Part shown: piece by piece, positions 51,106-64,000 of the stretch | Layout of the letters: each line of letters opens with the position of its first letter | How positions within the stretch are numbered: the first letter of the stretch is position 1 | From: Tubulanus polymorphus | Taxonomy: Eukaryota; Animalia; Nemertea | Length of the DNA: 64,000 bases | Direction: 5' to 3' | NCBI RefSeq assembly: GCF_964204645.1 | Contig: NC_134026.1 | Span: forward strand, 9,571,950 to 9,635,949 | Position numbers and translations under genes: made by a program | The notes under the pieces: generated by a model | What the model was told of the DNA's origin: nothing | What the model saw: the letters and a program-made list of their open reading frames with translations, nothing else | Databases searched by the model: none

Positions 51106-53829
51106 GTATCTAAATCTATTTTATAATGTCCAAGATTGTTGACTGGCAGCAATCTTTGATTCCCAAAATGTTCATTTTGGCCTGCAGCTGTGAATGTAAT
51201 CTATGAAGAACATTGATCACATCAGAATATTAGATGATATTACATAACGTTAGATGAATCTATGTCATAATGCCCACCAAGATGGTGGACTGGTGGCCAT
51301 CTTGGATTCGAAAATCGTGCATTTTGGCCTACAACAATGAATTTTTTATGTAGAGCATTGATATTCCACTTGAGAGTGTTAGATGATATCATGTATTAGT
51401 TATTTTTTTAAGGTCAGCATGTCTTTAGAGATGGCTGACTGGTGGCCATCTTAGATTCTGAAACTGTACTTGTTAGTCTGACTACTGTGAATTAATTTTC
51501 AGAATTGACATAATACCTTTGCGCCATGTATTGCAAAAACGTATTTCAGCTACATTGCACAAACATTTGTTTTGAAATATATTTTCTATTTATGGGAATA
51601 GAGATATCCAGGGAATACATGTGGCCCATTCCACCCGTTGATGTTGCACTCTTAAGGCCACCTGGTATGTAAGTTCCGATGGGCTATTGCATTTACTGTT
51701 GATCCAAATTGTTCATTTATCTGTAAACGATCAAGTTTTCTTGTTTGGAAATTCTTGAAATGATTTTATGTATAGTCTTGATATCTGATTATGAATATCT
51801 TATACAATACTTATACGTATTTACCATCTCTAGCCTGAATGGAATCAAAACGGCTGCCTTTTGGCCATCATTGTTCGGCAAAACCAGGGAAAATATCATG
51901 AGGAAAATATCATTTTTTAACTATATAACTTAAAGGCCTGATATTGATGATTGTTAGCGCTGTCATTGTCGTAAGACATCTTTTTAAGTAACCTTTGTTA
52001 ATTTGTCAATACAAATGTATGTTCCCAATAAGGATTACACGTAAGGTGAATGACTAGGCGAGGTTGCCTAGTTATTAGGAATTGGGTGTATTCTCATTAA
52101 CATTCATGCATTTCTAATTATCAAATGTATCATGTATTCTCAATGTACATAGATGCAATTAATCTGTACTGTTTTGTCATTTAACTATTGGGACAATTCG
52201 AAACCTGTATGGATTGAGATAACAAGATGAGGAGACCGCTTTTATGATGAAACATTCGCTTGTAAGGCAATTGGTTTTAAAGGGTTAGAGCTAAGAAAAA
52301 AATCCACTAGCATTCTTAGCTCTTGCGTATAAAATTGGCATGACCTCGATAGGCGGCGTCGTCTCTACGAGCGGGATATACGGGGAATTCCAGCGCTACT
52401 AAAATAATTATGGGAAAGCCATAAATGGTGAACGTTTCATTGGACTAGGTGCCGTATGTGTGAATTTTTAAATGCTCATTGCTGATAAGAATATCATTAT
52501 TTCATATATCGCCATAGGTATTGTAACATTTTAATGCCCGGTGATTGTGTTGATTGAGATTGAAGTGAAGCAAACGTTTACTACACAAGGCCTCCACGTG
52601 TGCGGGAGTGCTTAACATTAGACTGTTGCACACACAAACACACGCTCATACAGACTACTATATGGTGATGCTGTAACGCAGCTTGGTACATGCATGTTTG
52701 GTATGATAACAGGCTGAATAATCGTCGTAGCAGAAGATGAGCGCTGTGTTTTCATTTTTGATAGAATTTGTAATAAATTGTAATTTCTTGTGACCTGAAA
52801 ATACCAAGCAGCAAACTATAGGTATAGGTCAAGGTCTGAATATTGTAGTGGTAAATTCTAGGATTTAAAACGATTTCATACTACGCCCCGGCGGCCATAC
52901 ATTGTAAGAGGTTTCGTTTCCAAGACTCATTATTCAGCCACCCTCTGATATGTGACATCGTATGAATTTTATTTGAATATTTTTTCATATTGTGAAAAAT
53001 ATTTTTTCGAAAATATAAAATAGTCTCCCTGCCGCCCCTACCTGTACCCTACGAATTTTTGGACGTGGACCATAAACAAATGTTTATCTTTGGTCTTATT
53101 TGACTACAAAATAATTCTTTAAGAAAGATAAAATATAATATAAACTTCTAGAACTTTGAAGTCACGAATTAAAAAGATATTTCAAGCAATGCCCTTACTC
53201 CAAACAACCTCTAGCTTTCAAGGTAAACCACACTTTGCCCATGGACAATTTATTTAAAAATCATGATCAGCCTAACAATAACAGACCGGGCAGTTATAGG
53301 AATGAACTGAAAACAAGTTATAATTCGATCTTAGCATAACACAGAAAATGTATATGTACATATATGAGAAACACACCGAATTCCACATAATAAGTATTGT
53401 TAATACTGGTAACATTGAATATCATTGTTATACTAATGGGAAGTCAAGTCTAGCATCAGCAGTTAGCCAGTTACACTGTTGTTTCTCCTTCATGACTTCT
53501 ATCAAAACCTAAAAAGATACACATTGAATAAAGTTCATGCATCTAAGAATTTGCCCTAGCATTTATCAATTCATTTTGGCATAAAATACTCATTGAAATA
53601 TGTTATCATTATAGTCCCATTGATGCACGTGCACAGTCTTATTACAGAAATTTCCAAGAAACACTTAAAACAAGTTACAGACTAGTGAATCTGAAAATGA
53701 TCCTTTACAACTCTTCGGTCAGTACAAGTGTACAAGGGGCGGCCATGCCAAACAGGGATCCTCGTTGATGTCCTTGGTCCGTTCGTGAGATATACGTTCT
53801 TAGATGATTTACATTAGATTATATTAGAT

Positions 53830-55650
53830 AAGTTCTCATGCAACCTTGATGACTGCTGATCTCAGAGTCATGATATCTGCAAATAAGCAAATCAATGAAC
53901 TTCTCAGTTACAGCAAGCTGGAGACAAAACTCTCCTGGCTTTGTCAACATAATCAATCTAAACAACAAGTGATTACAAAGAAGAAACTGTTAAGATTGTA
54001 ATCTGATAACTCGAGCAGCTTTCCTATCTGCAGGTAAAATATTGTGTTCAAGGTAATCGTAAACTGATTTAAGGTGTGGATCACATTTTTGGGGTAGTCG
54101 AAACTGTTGTACATCATACGGAAGAATAAGATTCATATAATCACGAATGATTTTCTGTTTGATTATTTTCAATATTCGGTTGAATTCTTGTTGCTGTGGA
54201 ATGTGCTTGGCCATCAGTTCCTCTATCTCCGTAATCAAGGGTTCAGGTTTTCTGATAAACTCAGGAGTTATCAGACCTAACTTCTTCCTCGATACCTTGA
54301 TTCCTTACTTCCGAACAATGGGTCCACCTGCAAATTAGTTTTTCGGTAAATTCAAACTGAAAGGTAAAATTGGTTTCTCACGGATTTCTGCTCTGTCTGG
54401 CTGATCCACTCCGCAATTTCCTTCTGGACTCTGATCACTCCCCGGAATCTCCGTGAGAACGCTTTGTCGATTAGTATTCTGAACTTTTCCTGAAACAATA
54501 GGATTGACCTGTATCTGTTGTTCTCTAGTGACAGGTCTCTCTGTAGGCATAGCTTTGAAAGGATAAGCCTTTCCAACATCCTGTAATGAAAATGTATTTG
54601 GTGTTATCTTGTCAAATTCATCATCGTCAACTTGTGCCGACCTCAGAAAATCTGCCAAAACTAAATCCGATCTCTTGCAATATGCTAAATCAAAATTATA
54701 AAACGATAGGCATTCAAGCAACTTCTGAAGTCTCAAAGTTGGTGGGTGTTTTCTTCGACTTGAAAATATGCACCAGCACTGAATGATCTACAAAGCAATG
54801 AAAACTGATTGAATATTGTTTTGCTGCATTTGGCAAAGTCTTGGAATGATATGCTACTAATCTCTCTTGACCATTAATGTTCCGAAATAAAGATGCTCCC
54901 GTCATTTCTTTACTAGTATCTGAATACAAGTAAAATTCCCCATCTCCTTGAGGAGCACACAGTACTGGAGGCGAGACAAGTAATTGTTTGATTTTCTCAA
55001 AATTGATCTCATGTTCTTCTGTCCATATATATTTCAAATTTTTCCTAGTGAGACAATAAAATGGTTTTAAATAACGTTGAAGATTAGGCACATACATTGC
55101 CAGATAGTTGACAGCTCCCATAAATCTTCTAACTTCCTTTGGGTTGCGTGGAATCTTCATTTGCCTGATGGCGCTGCATTTGTCACCCATTGCACGAACA
55201 TTAATGGTTCCGTCATTTGTGATACAAATAACGTGACCGACATAGGTAACTCTAGACCGTGATAATCTGCATTTCTTCAAAGAAATCTGCAAGCCATACT
55301 TAGCTAAAACTGAAAAAGTACTCTGTAAATGTTTAATGATCTCGTTTTGATTTGGAAAAGACAATGATATCATCATGAATTGCTACACAAAAATCATCTT
55401 TATCCGGTATCTCAGGTCATTTATCTTCTCTTGCCAACACGCTGGCGACCTGTTCAAGGTAATCTCCTGTAAACGTATGTTGAAGAACCAGGATGCGGAC
55501 ACATTCCTGTATACTGCTGAGATTCTTCGGACAGGGTAATGCATGAAATGCGCTTTTCAAATCAATCGAGCTCACTACTCTCCCTTGAGCTTAACCTAGT
55601 CTGACAAGTACATCAGGTAAAGACCAATAGTTCAGTCGTGCCCATTGGAC
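53830..55650 (-). mobile_element. Degraded Ty3/Gypsy pol fragment (RT, RNase H, start of integrase zinc domain)
   Basis: SSIDLKSA, VAIHDDI, GLQISLKKC..VTYVGH, FMGAVNY, YLYSDTS, LVAYHSKTL; many frameshifts. Confidence 0.85.
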
Positions 55651-55651
55651 T

Positions 55652-58025
55652 CTAGTTTGGTAAGAATTTACCATAATCATTCAACATGCCAAGGTAATTA
55701 CGCAACTCAGAAACACTACTAGGACTAGGTACTGCATGTATAGCTTCAACATTCTTGGATGTTGGATGAATACCTTCACTATCTACATTGTGACCTAAAT
55801 ACTCTACATCAGGTACAAAGAACCGAGACTTTGTAGAACTTGCAGTAACATTATGTTTACGTAATCTACTAAAAATTTCTCTCAACAATCTCACATGTTC
55901 TAATGCAGTAACAGTAGCAAGCAATATATCGTCTTGGCTTGCTGCTGCCTGCGGAATACCTACGAGCAGTTTGTCCATAAATCTCTGAAAAATAGCTGGA
56001 GATGTTTTAACTCCAAATGGTAAACGGTTGTACCTAAAAAGACCAAATGTGTATTAACAATGCATAATTCTCTGGACTTATCAGATAATTCCAATTGAAG
56101 ATACGCGTTTGAAAAATCGATCTTTGAAAAGTATTTACAACCATTTAGTTTTGAGAAAATGTCCTCTGGTGTTGGCAGGGGATAAGGATCACTATCTATC
56201 AAATTGTTGATAGACACCTTAAAATCACCACAAATTCTCACATTGTCATCCTTCTTTGGGACAACTACAATTGGACTTGAGTATTTGCTAGTCTCAACTC
56301 TACTCATAACATTCATTTCAACAGATCTTTTAAGATTGTTTTCTACCTTGTCTAATAATGCATACGGTATAGGTCTAGCTCTGAAAAATATACCATCGGT
56401 TTCCTGTTTAAGTTCTATCTCTGCAGTGTAACCCTTGATTGGCTCTTTATGAGCTTGAAAAATATCTCTGTACTCATCGACACTTGACCTTTATAATCAT
56501 TGACATCAAATGAAGTTACAGAGAATAATTCAGACCAGTTTAGTTTAATAATGCTAAGCCAATTTCTGCCTAAAAGAGGAGGCTTGTTCACCGCCTTTAC
56601 AACAATGACAGGCAGATAGTATTTCTGACCTTTATACTCAACCAAAGCCTGAAAAGAACCTAACACAGTGATATTTTCACCTGAGTAACTAGCAAGTTTT
56701 ACATTTGACCTTGACAATTTTATGTCAGAAAATTTCTCTTTATATAAACTCTCAGGAAAAATTGTGGCTGATGCGCCTGTATCTACCAAAAGATTAACTC
56801 TAACCTCATTGACAAAAATATCAACATTTACATTATTACAATTGCCAGTTGGACCATTCACGGTGTACAAGTCGTCAAAACTAGTGTTGTAATCATAATC
56901 TGTATCGGCAACAGAATTTTCTTGAAGATACGAAGTAGCACCACCATGAAACGATCTGCTTGTACGAATGTCGACACGAGCGGCTGTTTTTCTCCTATCA
57001 GTGTTTTTCAAATTTGTACGACTCGCTTTCGCAATGTGTCCAGTTTTATGACATTTGTGACATGCTTATCCACGAAATCTGCAACTGTCCGCTAAATGTC
57101 CGTTTCCGTGACAACGATAACACTGTTGATTAATCTGCGGCTTTCTACCAAAGTTATTATTATTATTACCGGTACGCGATTTGACCATATTAACATCGCC
57201 TTCACTGGGATTTGAAGTCGACCCGACTGACATCTCCTTTGACACCAGGGATGCCGTTTCCATAGCATGGGCATCCTTACATGCGTCTTTCCAAACTAAT
57301 TTTGACGAACCAAGTAGTTTTTTGCGGATTGGTTCGCTTCTAATTCCAGCGACAAACCGATCTCAGAGTTGATCCTCCAGGGATCCTCCAAACTCACACG
57401 ACAAAGCAAGTTTCTTCAGCGCTACAATGTATTCTGACAAAGTCTCTGTCGAGGACTGGCGCCTCATATTAAATTTGTACCGTTCACCCATTGTTGTGGA
57501 TGGAGGTTTGTGGTGGGCCTCTAACAAGGCTGTGAGATCATTGTATTTTTCATCCGAAGGAGCCTTTGGCATGGTTAGATTTACCAAAAGTTCGAAAGTT
57601 TCAGGTCCAATCATTGATAGAAGGACGTCCGTTTTGCTTTCATTTGCAATTTTATTTACCCTCATCCACGCCTCGAGTCTACATTGGTAGTTTTTCCATT
57701 CTTCCTTTTGCGGAGAATACTCATTTATCGAACCGATATATGCAGAAGCCATACTCATTCCTTCTACACTCGGATGGAGAACGATATTAAGATTTCCTCG
57801 TCGCCAATGTGACGTTTCCTGACCGATTATCAATGAACTACAACGCCATTCATTGTACTCAAAACGGAAGTGCATTTATTCAGTCAAACTAATTACCGAA
57901 AGCTACATACATCACAGGCACGCAAACTATGACGAGTACGCGAACTGCACTGTGCCATGAACACACTCGGCAATAGTGTGATGCTAGTTTTGGCGCGAAA
58001 CTCTTTTAGCGGCGCGAATGCAACA
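55652..58025 (-). mobile_element. Mag-like Gypsy LTR retrotransposon, 5' part (LTR, PBS, gag, protease, RT), frameshifted and 3'-truncated
   Basis: TG...CA LTR 57808-58025; PBS TGGCGACGAGG at 57796-57806 (tRNA-Ser type); gag EEWKNYQCRLE; knuckle CYRCHGNGHLADSC; protease LVDTGAS; RT SPIVVVPKKD..RICGDFK, SQDDILL. Confidence 0.9.
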
Positions 58026-60200
58026 ATAGTTTTCTGATCTTTGGCAGAAGTTGAATGGCAAATTCGCATTTTCAGTATGAAGTAAATTCGAGCAACTTAC
58101 ATCAAATAAGCAATCCTGACGGTGCACACTGAGCAACTCGCTCCGTTGAACACAATTACGGAAAAAGTAGTTTTTAATACACGCGGCGATTTTAGTTGAC
58201 GAAGTCGATGTATGTTTATGTTCGTTACATCATATTTTTTCATCGATGTGTGCCCTCCAAAACCGAGTACGTACATCTCTTGTTTATTTAGGGTTTCTAA
58301 CCCTAGACTTTTTGCTAAGTCTCGTCTTACATAGGACATCATGCTCCCTCTGTCAAACATGAGCCCTGCTTTCATACTATTTTCGCCTTTCGATACTGTT
58401 ACGTAACCCGTTTCCAACATGATTGTGTTGACGCTTTCTCTGGGTGGGATACGGTTGGATTGGCTGTGAATCGTTGCCGTATCTTCAATATTTTCTATCG
58501 AAATGACCGAATCTTTCGACTGGTCTTTGATTTGGTTTTGAATGTGTGACTCGGTTCGTCTTTTTGACGGGACGGCACAGCAAGTGGTGTTGCTCTCTGT
58601 TCTCTGTTTATTTGATTCAATGTGTAAGCTGGTGTGGTGCTTGTTGCCACATTTCATGCATTTCTTCTCGGACCGACATTCGTGGGCTCGATGGCTCCCG
58701 CCTAGACAGGTAAAGCATAAATGTTTACTCACGGCGATTTTCCGTTTTTCTTCAACTGCTACTGGGCAGTTATTGTGTGCGTGTTCTTTGCCGCAAAATT
58801 TACATCTGCGGTTGTTGAAGTTTGTAATTCCTGCGAATTGACTGACTGATGCACGGAGTCGATCTCGGCCCTGCCTTTCTGGCTCAGCCTCTCCACGTTC
58901 TCCTAAATCATCTAGTTGTTTGGTTAATCCATCCATAAATTTATGCAAATCGAATTTCTTATCTTGCTGACTAGTGCCCATTTTGTCGCGAATGAATTTT
59001 GGTAATTTTCTTTCTATGATTGGAACTATGAATGCCGTGCATTCGTCGACGTTGACTCCTAAATTCTCCAGTGATCTGATGTCCCCGTTTGTTTTGTTGT
59101 GAAATTCACTGAGAGACGCGTAGTACATCCGCTGTTATTGTACCCCAAAATGCTGACCATTTTGTAAAGGTACCATCAAAGGTCGGTAATCTTAATTTCG
59201 GTAGTTGTGCTGTTTTGGGTTGGTCCGTGTTTTCTGCTTTTGAAGTGGACCCTACGCCAATTTCCATGAATGATTTTATCTTCAGTAGAGCTGTTCTTTC
59301 TCTCGTTCTTCGAATTCTGGCTTCTTGTACTTCGGCTTCATACTGCTTTTCATCTAAAGCCTCTAACATTTCTCCCAAGTCACCTCCTTTCTGGTGACTT
59401 GTTTTCATCTCCTCCAAGCTGGCTGCAATTGCGAATTTTTTATCTTCGGTTGTACTTCCGGATTTGATTAGATTTTCCGCTCCATCGTGTTCGCAGTCGA
59501 AACCTCGCCTGATCAGTTCTCTTCTATTCTGTAGTTGCTTGACTTCATCTATTCTGTCTTTTGATCTCTTCCTTGTAAACATGAATTAGTTTGACATTGC
59601 GTTGTGTTCAATACTTCTTCGTGGGCAATCCTGGTCACGGCACCATGTAGTTTTTCGAAGGGTTTTCTCCCTTGTGTTACGTGTCCCAGGACCGGAGCTT
59701 TAGAGAGCGTGAGAAATGATAACTGTAGGCTCGAACTGCAATCTAAAAACTGAATCTATATTTTCTGCTATTCTACTCTGAAACATATTTGTGGTTATGT
59801 GACCCATCTTTTAGGGATATAAAACTTCCAGTATCTGTGGTCCTACATCTGGACCGAATTATTGTATTCTTAGAATGTCCAAGAACCCGGGTGCAATACA
59901 TAGAATTAGCGACAATATCGATCCCGGTGTGCTGGTTTCCACCGCGCTGTACTCTAAGCTTATCTGATTCGAAAGAAATTTTGTTCATACATCTGTACAA
60001 TAAAATGTATGAATAAACGAATCGTGAAAAACAGAATGTGAAATCTCATCTTTTGTTGGCTCAATCAAGAAAGGGGGAATAATCGTTTCCACAGAACCTC
60101 TAAATTAATCAAAAACCACGCCGAGATTTACCTAACGTCTTCTTTCTTTTATTACCACGCCAAAAAGAGAACAAAAGAATCCCCACACGATACGGGGTCA
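58026..60200 (-). mobile_element. BEL/Pao LTR retrotransposon, 5' part (LTR, PBS, gag, protease), truncated next to the Mag-like LTR
   Basis: PBS TGGTGCCGTGACCAGGATT at ~59627-59645 (tRNA-His type); LTR ~59646-60200 (outer edge uncertain); LPKLRLPTFDG..WSAFW; three Cys/His knuckles; MFDRGSMMSYV. Confidence 0.85.
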
Positions 60201-60246
60201 CTAAAATACGGATTTGGAGTCAGTAAAAGCAGGATACCGGACTTAC

Positions 60247-61520
60247 CGGTCCATCACAAGAGTTAAAGGCTGTTTCCAGTGCTCTCCCCAGCTCCTGCCA
60301 GTTTATTGGAAAGCATGGTCTTCAGTATTGACTTTGTGGACTCTGTAGTCGTTTGCGCAGAATACAAACTAAGGTACCCTATCTAGAACGTAAAAAGATT
60401 GGTTTCAATTCTTCAAGTTTGCTTGATTTTTCTTCATTTCTGAGCAGCTCCCATGTTGATATAGAACCTCACATATATAATTATATAACTACTTACTAGC
60501 CCTTCTCTGATAACCTGGCTGCAAGTCTCCCCTCAAGCCAATCAAAATGCGCTTTCTCATCAAGAGGTAGTTCTATGTCATCTGGTAATTTGGCAACTTC
60601 CGTTCGGTCGTTTTTGTTAATCTAGTGAGTGCCTTACTTTGGCGCTTTTGTTCTGAATTAATTTAAACTAAAAGCTCCAAAATTTTATCAAGTTTCCTTT
60701 CTAAAAGAAATAAATATTTGTTAAAAATGTAATTGATTTGTTCGACGTTTGATCAATCAAAGGGGAAAAAATCTGCATACTCACCAACTGATACAGAACT
60801 TGTACTGGTATCAACAACAGTTCCACATAGATTTAACGAAATAGGGGGTGATGGAGGGAGTGGTAAAGAGGGACGATTTTTTGGTGTCGATGTTGATGGC
60901 TCAACATGCAGTGAATCAACTCAGGGTGACAAGACTGGGGATTCATCACCGGCACTGGATTCTGAGTCCGTAAAAACACTAGGATTGGGTCTGAAATTGA
61001 ATATTAAGTAAATAACCCTCTGTGATAAGAAAAACAATGTGTGAACTGTCATATGATTGTTGGAATAGATTAGTAGAATTTGATTCACATCATTTTAAAG
61101 AATTGAAAATACCTTGTGCTGCACTTTTTTGGGGACCATCAATGTCTCTGCTGTAGACATCAGATTGTTTTTCAGCTTTTTGCACCATTTTTGTGGCCTT
61201 TCCCTAGTCGCCTGCAAACCATAAACTATACATTGAGGAAATTATTCTAGTATCAGAGTAAATATGTCACTAAACATTTCATTAATCCCTAATCTTGCTT
61301 TACTTACCAGTGACGGCCCGCACACTTACATTAAACACATTCCAGGATCTAATATTTGCAAAGTCACAGTCCTTCACCATTTGAGACACCGATTTATTGG
61401 TACCAGAAGGTGGCCAAAAGCACATTGTTTTTCCATCGAATACCCATTTGGTGGGGACAATATCAACTGTTGCTCCGATGTAAATTCAACAACGCTGTAT
61501 TTATTCTCAATTTTCTGATA
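60247..61520 (-). pseudogene. Spliced DUF4806-type gene remnant (accessory gene typical of animal DNA transposons)
   Basis: YSVVEF..TVDIVPTKWV....CFWPP..W; KAEKQSD; LPDDIELPL....WLEGRL; TTESTKSILKTMLSNKLA; contains stops and frameshifts. Confidence 0.6.
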
Positions 61521-61529
61521 ATCTGAACA

Positions 61530-62620
61530 AAACCCGATCAATTATTTCTTTCGTGGTTGTGGAAAATCTAATAATACTCATTATGCCATGCAATCAATGC
61601 AAGTTACATTCTTTGGCACTTAACAACTGAGAAGATACAAACATATCAATGAGTTCGTTTATTTTGTTTAGAGACTGACTACTTAGGTCCTGCAATCCAT
61701 CCCAAAGTGAATCATTGAGGCCAATGTCATATAATCTTGATTCTACTGTCGCGAAAAACTGATCCGATCTTCTATTGTCCCATCTAATTGATGGCTTGCT
61801 CATTGTTCTCATTATCAGCAATAGTAGGGTCCCTAGAATTTCTAGAACATCTGCCATTGAGTATAATTGATGAATGATTCTTACAGAAATCAATTTACTG
61901 ATAGCCAGTGTTATTCGTTCTTTTGTCCTGATTGTTTCTTACAGTCGGAATGTCTAAGCTAAATAAAAGCTGTGAATCAACAGAGGGGTGTAAATTATCG
62001 TATATTATCTGATTATCAGGCTCTATAAAATCTGGCATGCACAAAGTGTGAGCATTAAAGTCACCCGTAATTAGTAAATTAAAATCATTTTCAATCATTA
62101 GCTGTAATAATTCTAACTCTATTTCACTTATTGCTCTATTCGAATAATATTTACTTGTTTCAGGGGGAATATAAACTACACCTAAAAGTACATTTTTGTC
62201 AAAGTTAAAGAAACTTTTATCCAAGCAGTACCAGGATATAAAAGGGCAGTCAGTTGATAATGGTTCAATCGAATATTCGGTTCAATCTTACTATCTAAAC
62301 AACTCTTATAAATGATACCGGCTCCACCTGAACTCCTTTTCGAAATTTTTTTCCTGTTTTTAAAATGTGACACATACGAACCGGGTAAATCACTGGTTAG
62401 ATTTCCATCAACATCGTCGAGGTGGGTTTCAGTTAAATATACAAAATCATAGCTACTAATAATACAAAATCATAGCTACTAATAAAACCAAATTCAGGGA
62501 CACCGAGTTTACGATTCACTATTGAACCCAGGACATAATCCCACTGTCCAAAATCCCACATGCCGTATTCCCTGATCCATAACGTATTCTATTTAGCGCC
62601 AAAATCTTTAAATCCGAGGT
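61530..62620 (-). mobile_element. Non-LTR retrotransposon (LINE) fragment, APE endonuclease region
   Basis: YDFVYLTETH, RSSGGAGIIYK, GVVYIPP, ITGDFNA, NNTG; frameshifted. Confidence 0.85.
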
Positions 62621-62673
62621 ATTAGCTTGTAGTTAATTAATTGAAAGAATTTTAAATTTTATCTGTAAATTGT

Positions 62674-63290
62674 TTAATTTAGATTAAGATAGATCTGTAA
62701 CATCTCCTGGTATGTGGATTCATCTTTCCTTTCAAGTAGACAATACGCGGCTGTAATTGCAGTTTCTCCGAGTGGCACCAGGATGACGTAAACCTGTTCA
62801 AATAATGGTGGGGCCATCGAAAAGGTTCCGTCCATGAACCATGCTCTTGCTTCTCCCAATTTCCCAATACCATTTTCTGTTGCAAATATAACTATTCGCC
62901 GCCCTGTGGTTCTGTTGTCGTAGAGTAAAAATTGTTCTTCTTGTCCATCGTCAAGGGAGGTAGAAGTCCATTTTCCTTTGATGACTAGTTCCTCGAGACT
63001 TTGCGGCTCTTTAGGTAGATTCTTCCTTTTTTCACGACAAATTGACCTTTTGCAAACTTCTTCCCTTGCCATTCGAGCCCTGACACCATCATCATCAACT
63101 TCTGCCATAACCCTGCTATATATTTGGACTGGATTAGTTGCGGTCGCATCTGATGCAATTTTCTTTATCGCCAATCTTGTTTTGGTGACTGCTACGGCAG
63201 TGGTATCGGCGATATGGTTATGGTCCACTGTTTCCATCGGATTTTCCATCTGTAGATCTGTTATAATAGCACCACGACACCCATCAGCTT
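62674..63290 (-). mobile_element. Mutator (MULE) transposase fragment
   Basis: FLYWCH-like C..A......HNH, WFMDGTFSMAPPLFEQVYVI, AYCLLERKDESTY. Confidence 0.85.
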
Positions 63291-63295
63291 TGTAT

Positions 63296-63457
63296 CACTA
63301 GCTCAAACCTATATATATATATATATATATACTTACTTACTTACTTATATATATATACTTACTTACCCGTACCCGTACCCGTACCCGTACCCGTGCCCGT
63401 GCCCGTACCCGCACCCGCACACGCATACATATACATATATATAGGTTTGAGCTAGTG
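63296..63457. mobile_element. Tiny CACTA-ended element filled with microsatellites
   Basis: CACTAGCTCAAACCTATATAT ... ATATATAGGTTTGAGCTAGTG with AT on both flanks; interior (TA)n, (TACT)n, (CCCGTA)n. Confidence 0.7.
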
Positions 63458-63650
63458 ATAAGATCTCTAATCCAAAATTATTGTCATTGAATTGATTAAA
63501 TTAGATAATTACTTTTGGGTTAGTAGTCATTAGAAAAAACATTCAAACACGTATGGATGTGAGTGATAAGAACTCCAAAATACTAATTAAATATAGATTG
63601 TTAAAAATATTATCATTGGGAATCAATTACATAATTTGCCTTGGTATTTA

Positions 63651-63975
63651 CATCCTCCCCCGGCAGGGATTCGAACCTGATGGCATCGAGATTGCCACGG
63701 CACGAAACCCTGCCACAATCGACTGTGTGCGCAGTTCAGATGATGTGATTTTTAGCCAAGCAGAAACCCTGTTTTATTTTATCCCGGGTTTTCCCATTTA
63801 TAGTTCCTCCTTGAAATTGCCTCAACGATTATACAACGAGCAATCTGATTGGTGCCGCCAGTTTTCGGTCAGATAGTGCGCATGTAACTGCGCACATGGT
63901 CGTCTATGGCAGGGGTTCGTGCCGTGGCTGAGTGTAAGGATGCCATCAGGTTCGAGTCCCTGCAGAGGGAGGATG
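63651..63975. mobile_element. MITE with tRNA-like inverted arms and a 9-bp target-site duplication
   Basis: catcctcccc..gcagggattcgaacctgatggcatc / gatgccatcaggttcgagtccctgc..gggaggatg; tggtattta at 63642-63650 and 63976-63984. Confidence 0.85.
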
Positions 63976-64000
63976 TGGTATTTACTCGATTTGCAGTTGA

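Noticed and set aside
63651-63975. tRNA gene
   Set aside because: Only A/B-box-like motifs, no full cloverleaf; arranged as inverted arms with a TSD

Overview
AT-rich, intron-containing eukaryotic (animal, probably invertebrate) genomic DNA made almost entirely of mobile elements and their cargo. The main feature is a ~23.7-kb unit (8008-31710) with short imperfect inverted ends, each abutting a (TA)n tract. It encodes one apparently intact spliced polyprotein (minus strand, 24956->9758): SET methyltransferase - tandem micro-exon linker - vertnin-like OTU protease - zinc finger - tyrosine recombinase (R/K/xxxR/H/Y) - Myb/SANT-like tail. A diverged, broken paralogue with the same domain order lies next to it in tandem (43884->33692). 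To the left is a disrupted SAM-HECT (G2E3-like) ubiquitin ligase gene, followed by palindromic subterminal repeats and an IS3EU-like end at ~7216. To the right are a C2H2 zinc-finger pseudogene, interrupted by a hammerhead-bearing Penelope-like repeat and a RAG1/Chapaev-N-like fragment, and then a cluster of decayed Gypsy, Mag-like Gypsy, BEL/Pao, DUF4806, LINE and MULE pieces. Satellites, MITEs and foldbacks are scattered throughout. All gene models were spliced by eye and family names come from motif recognition, not database searches.
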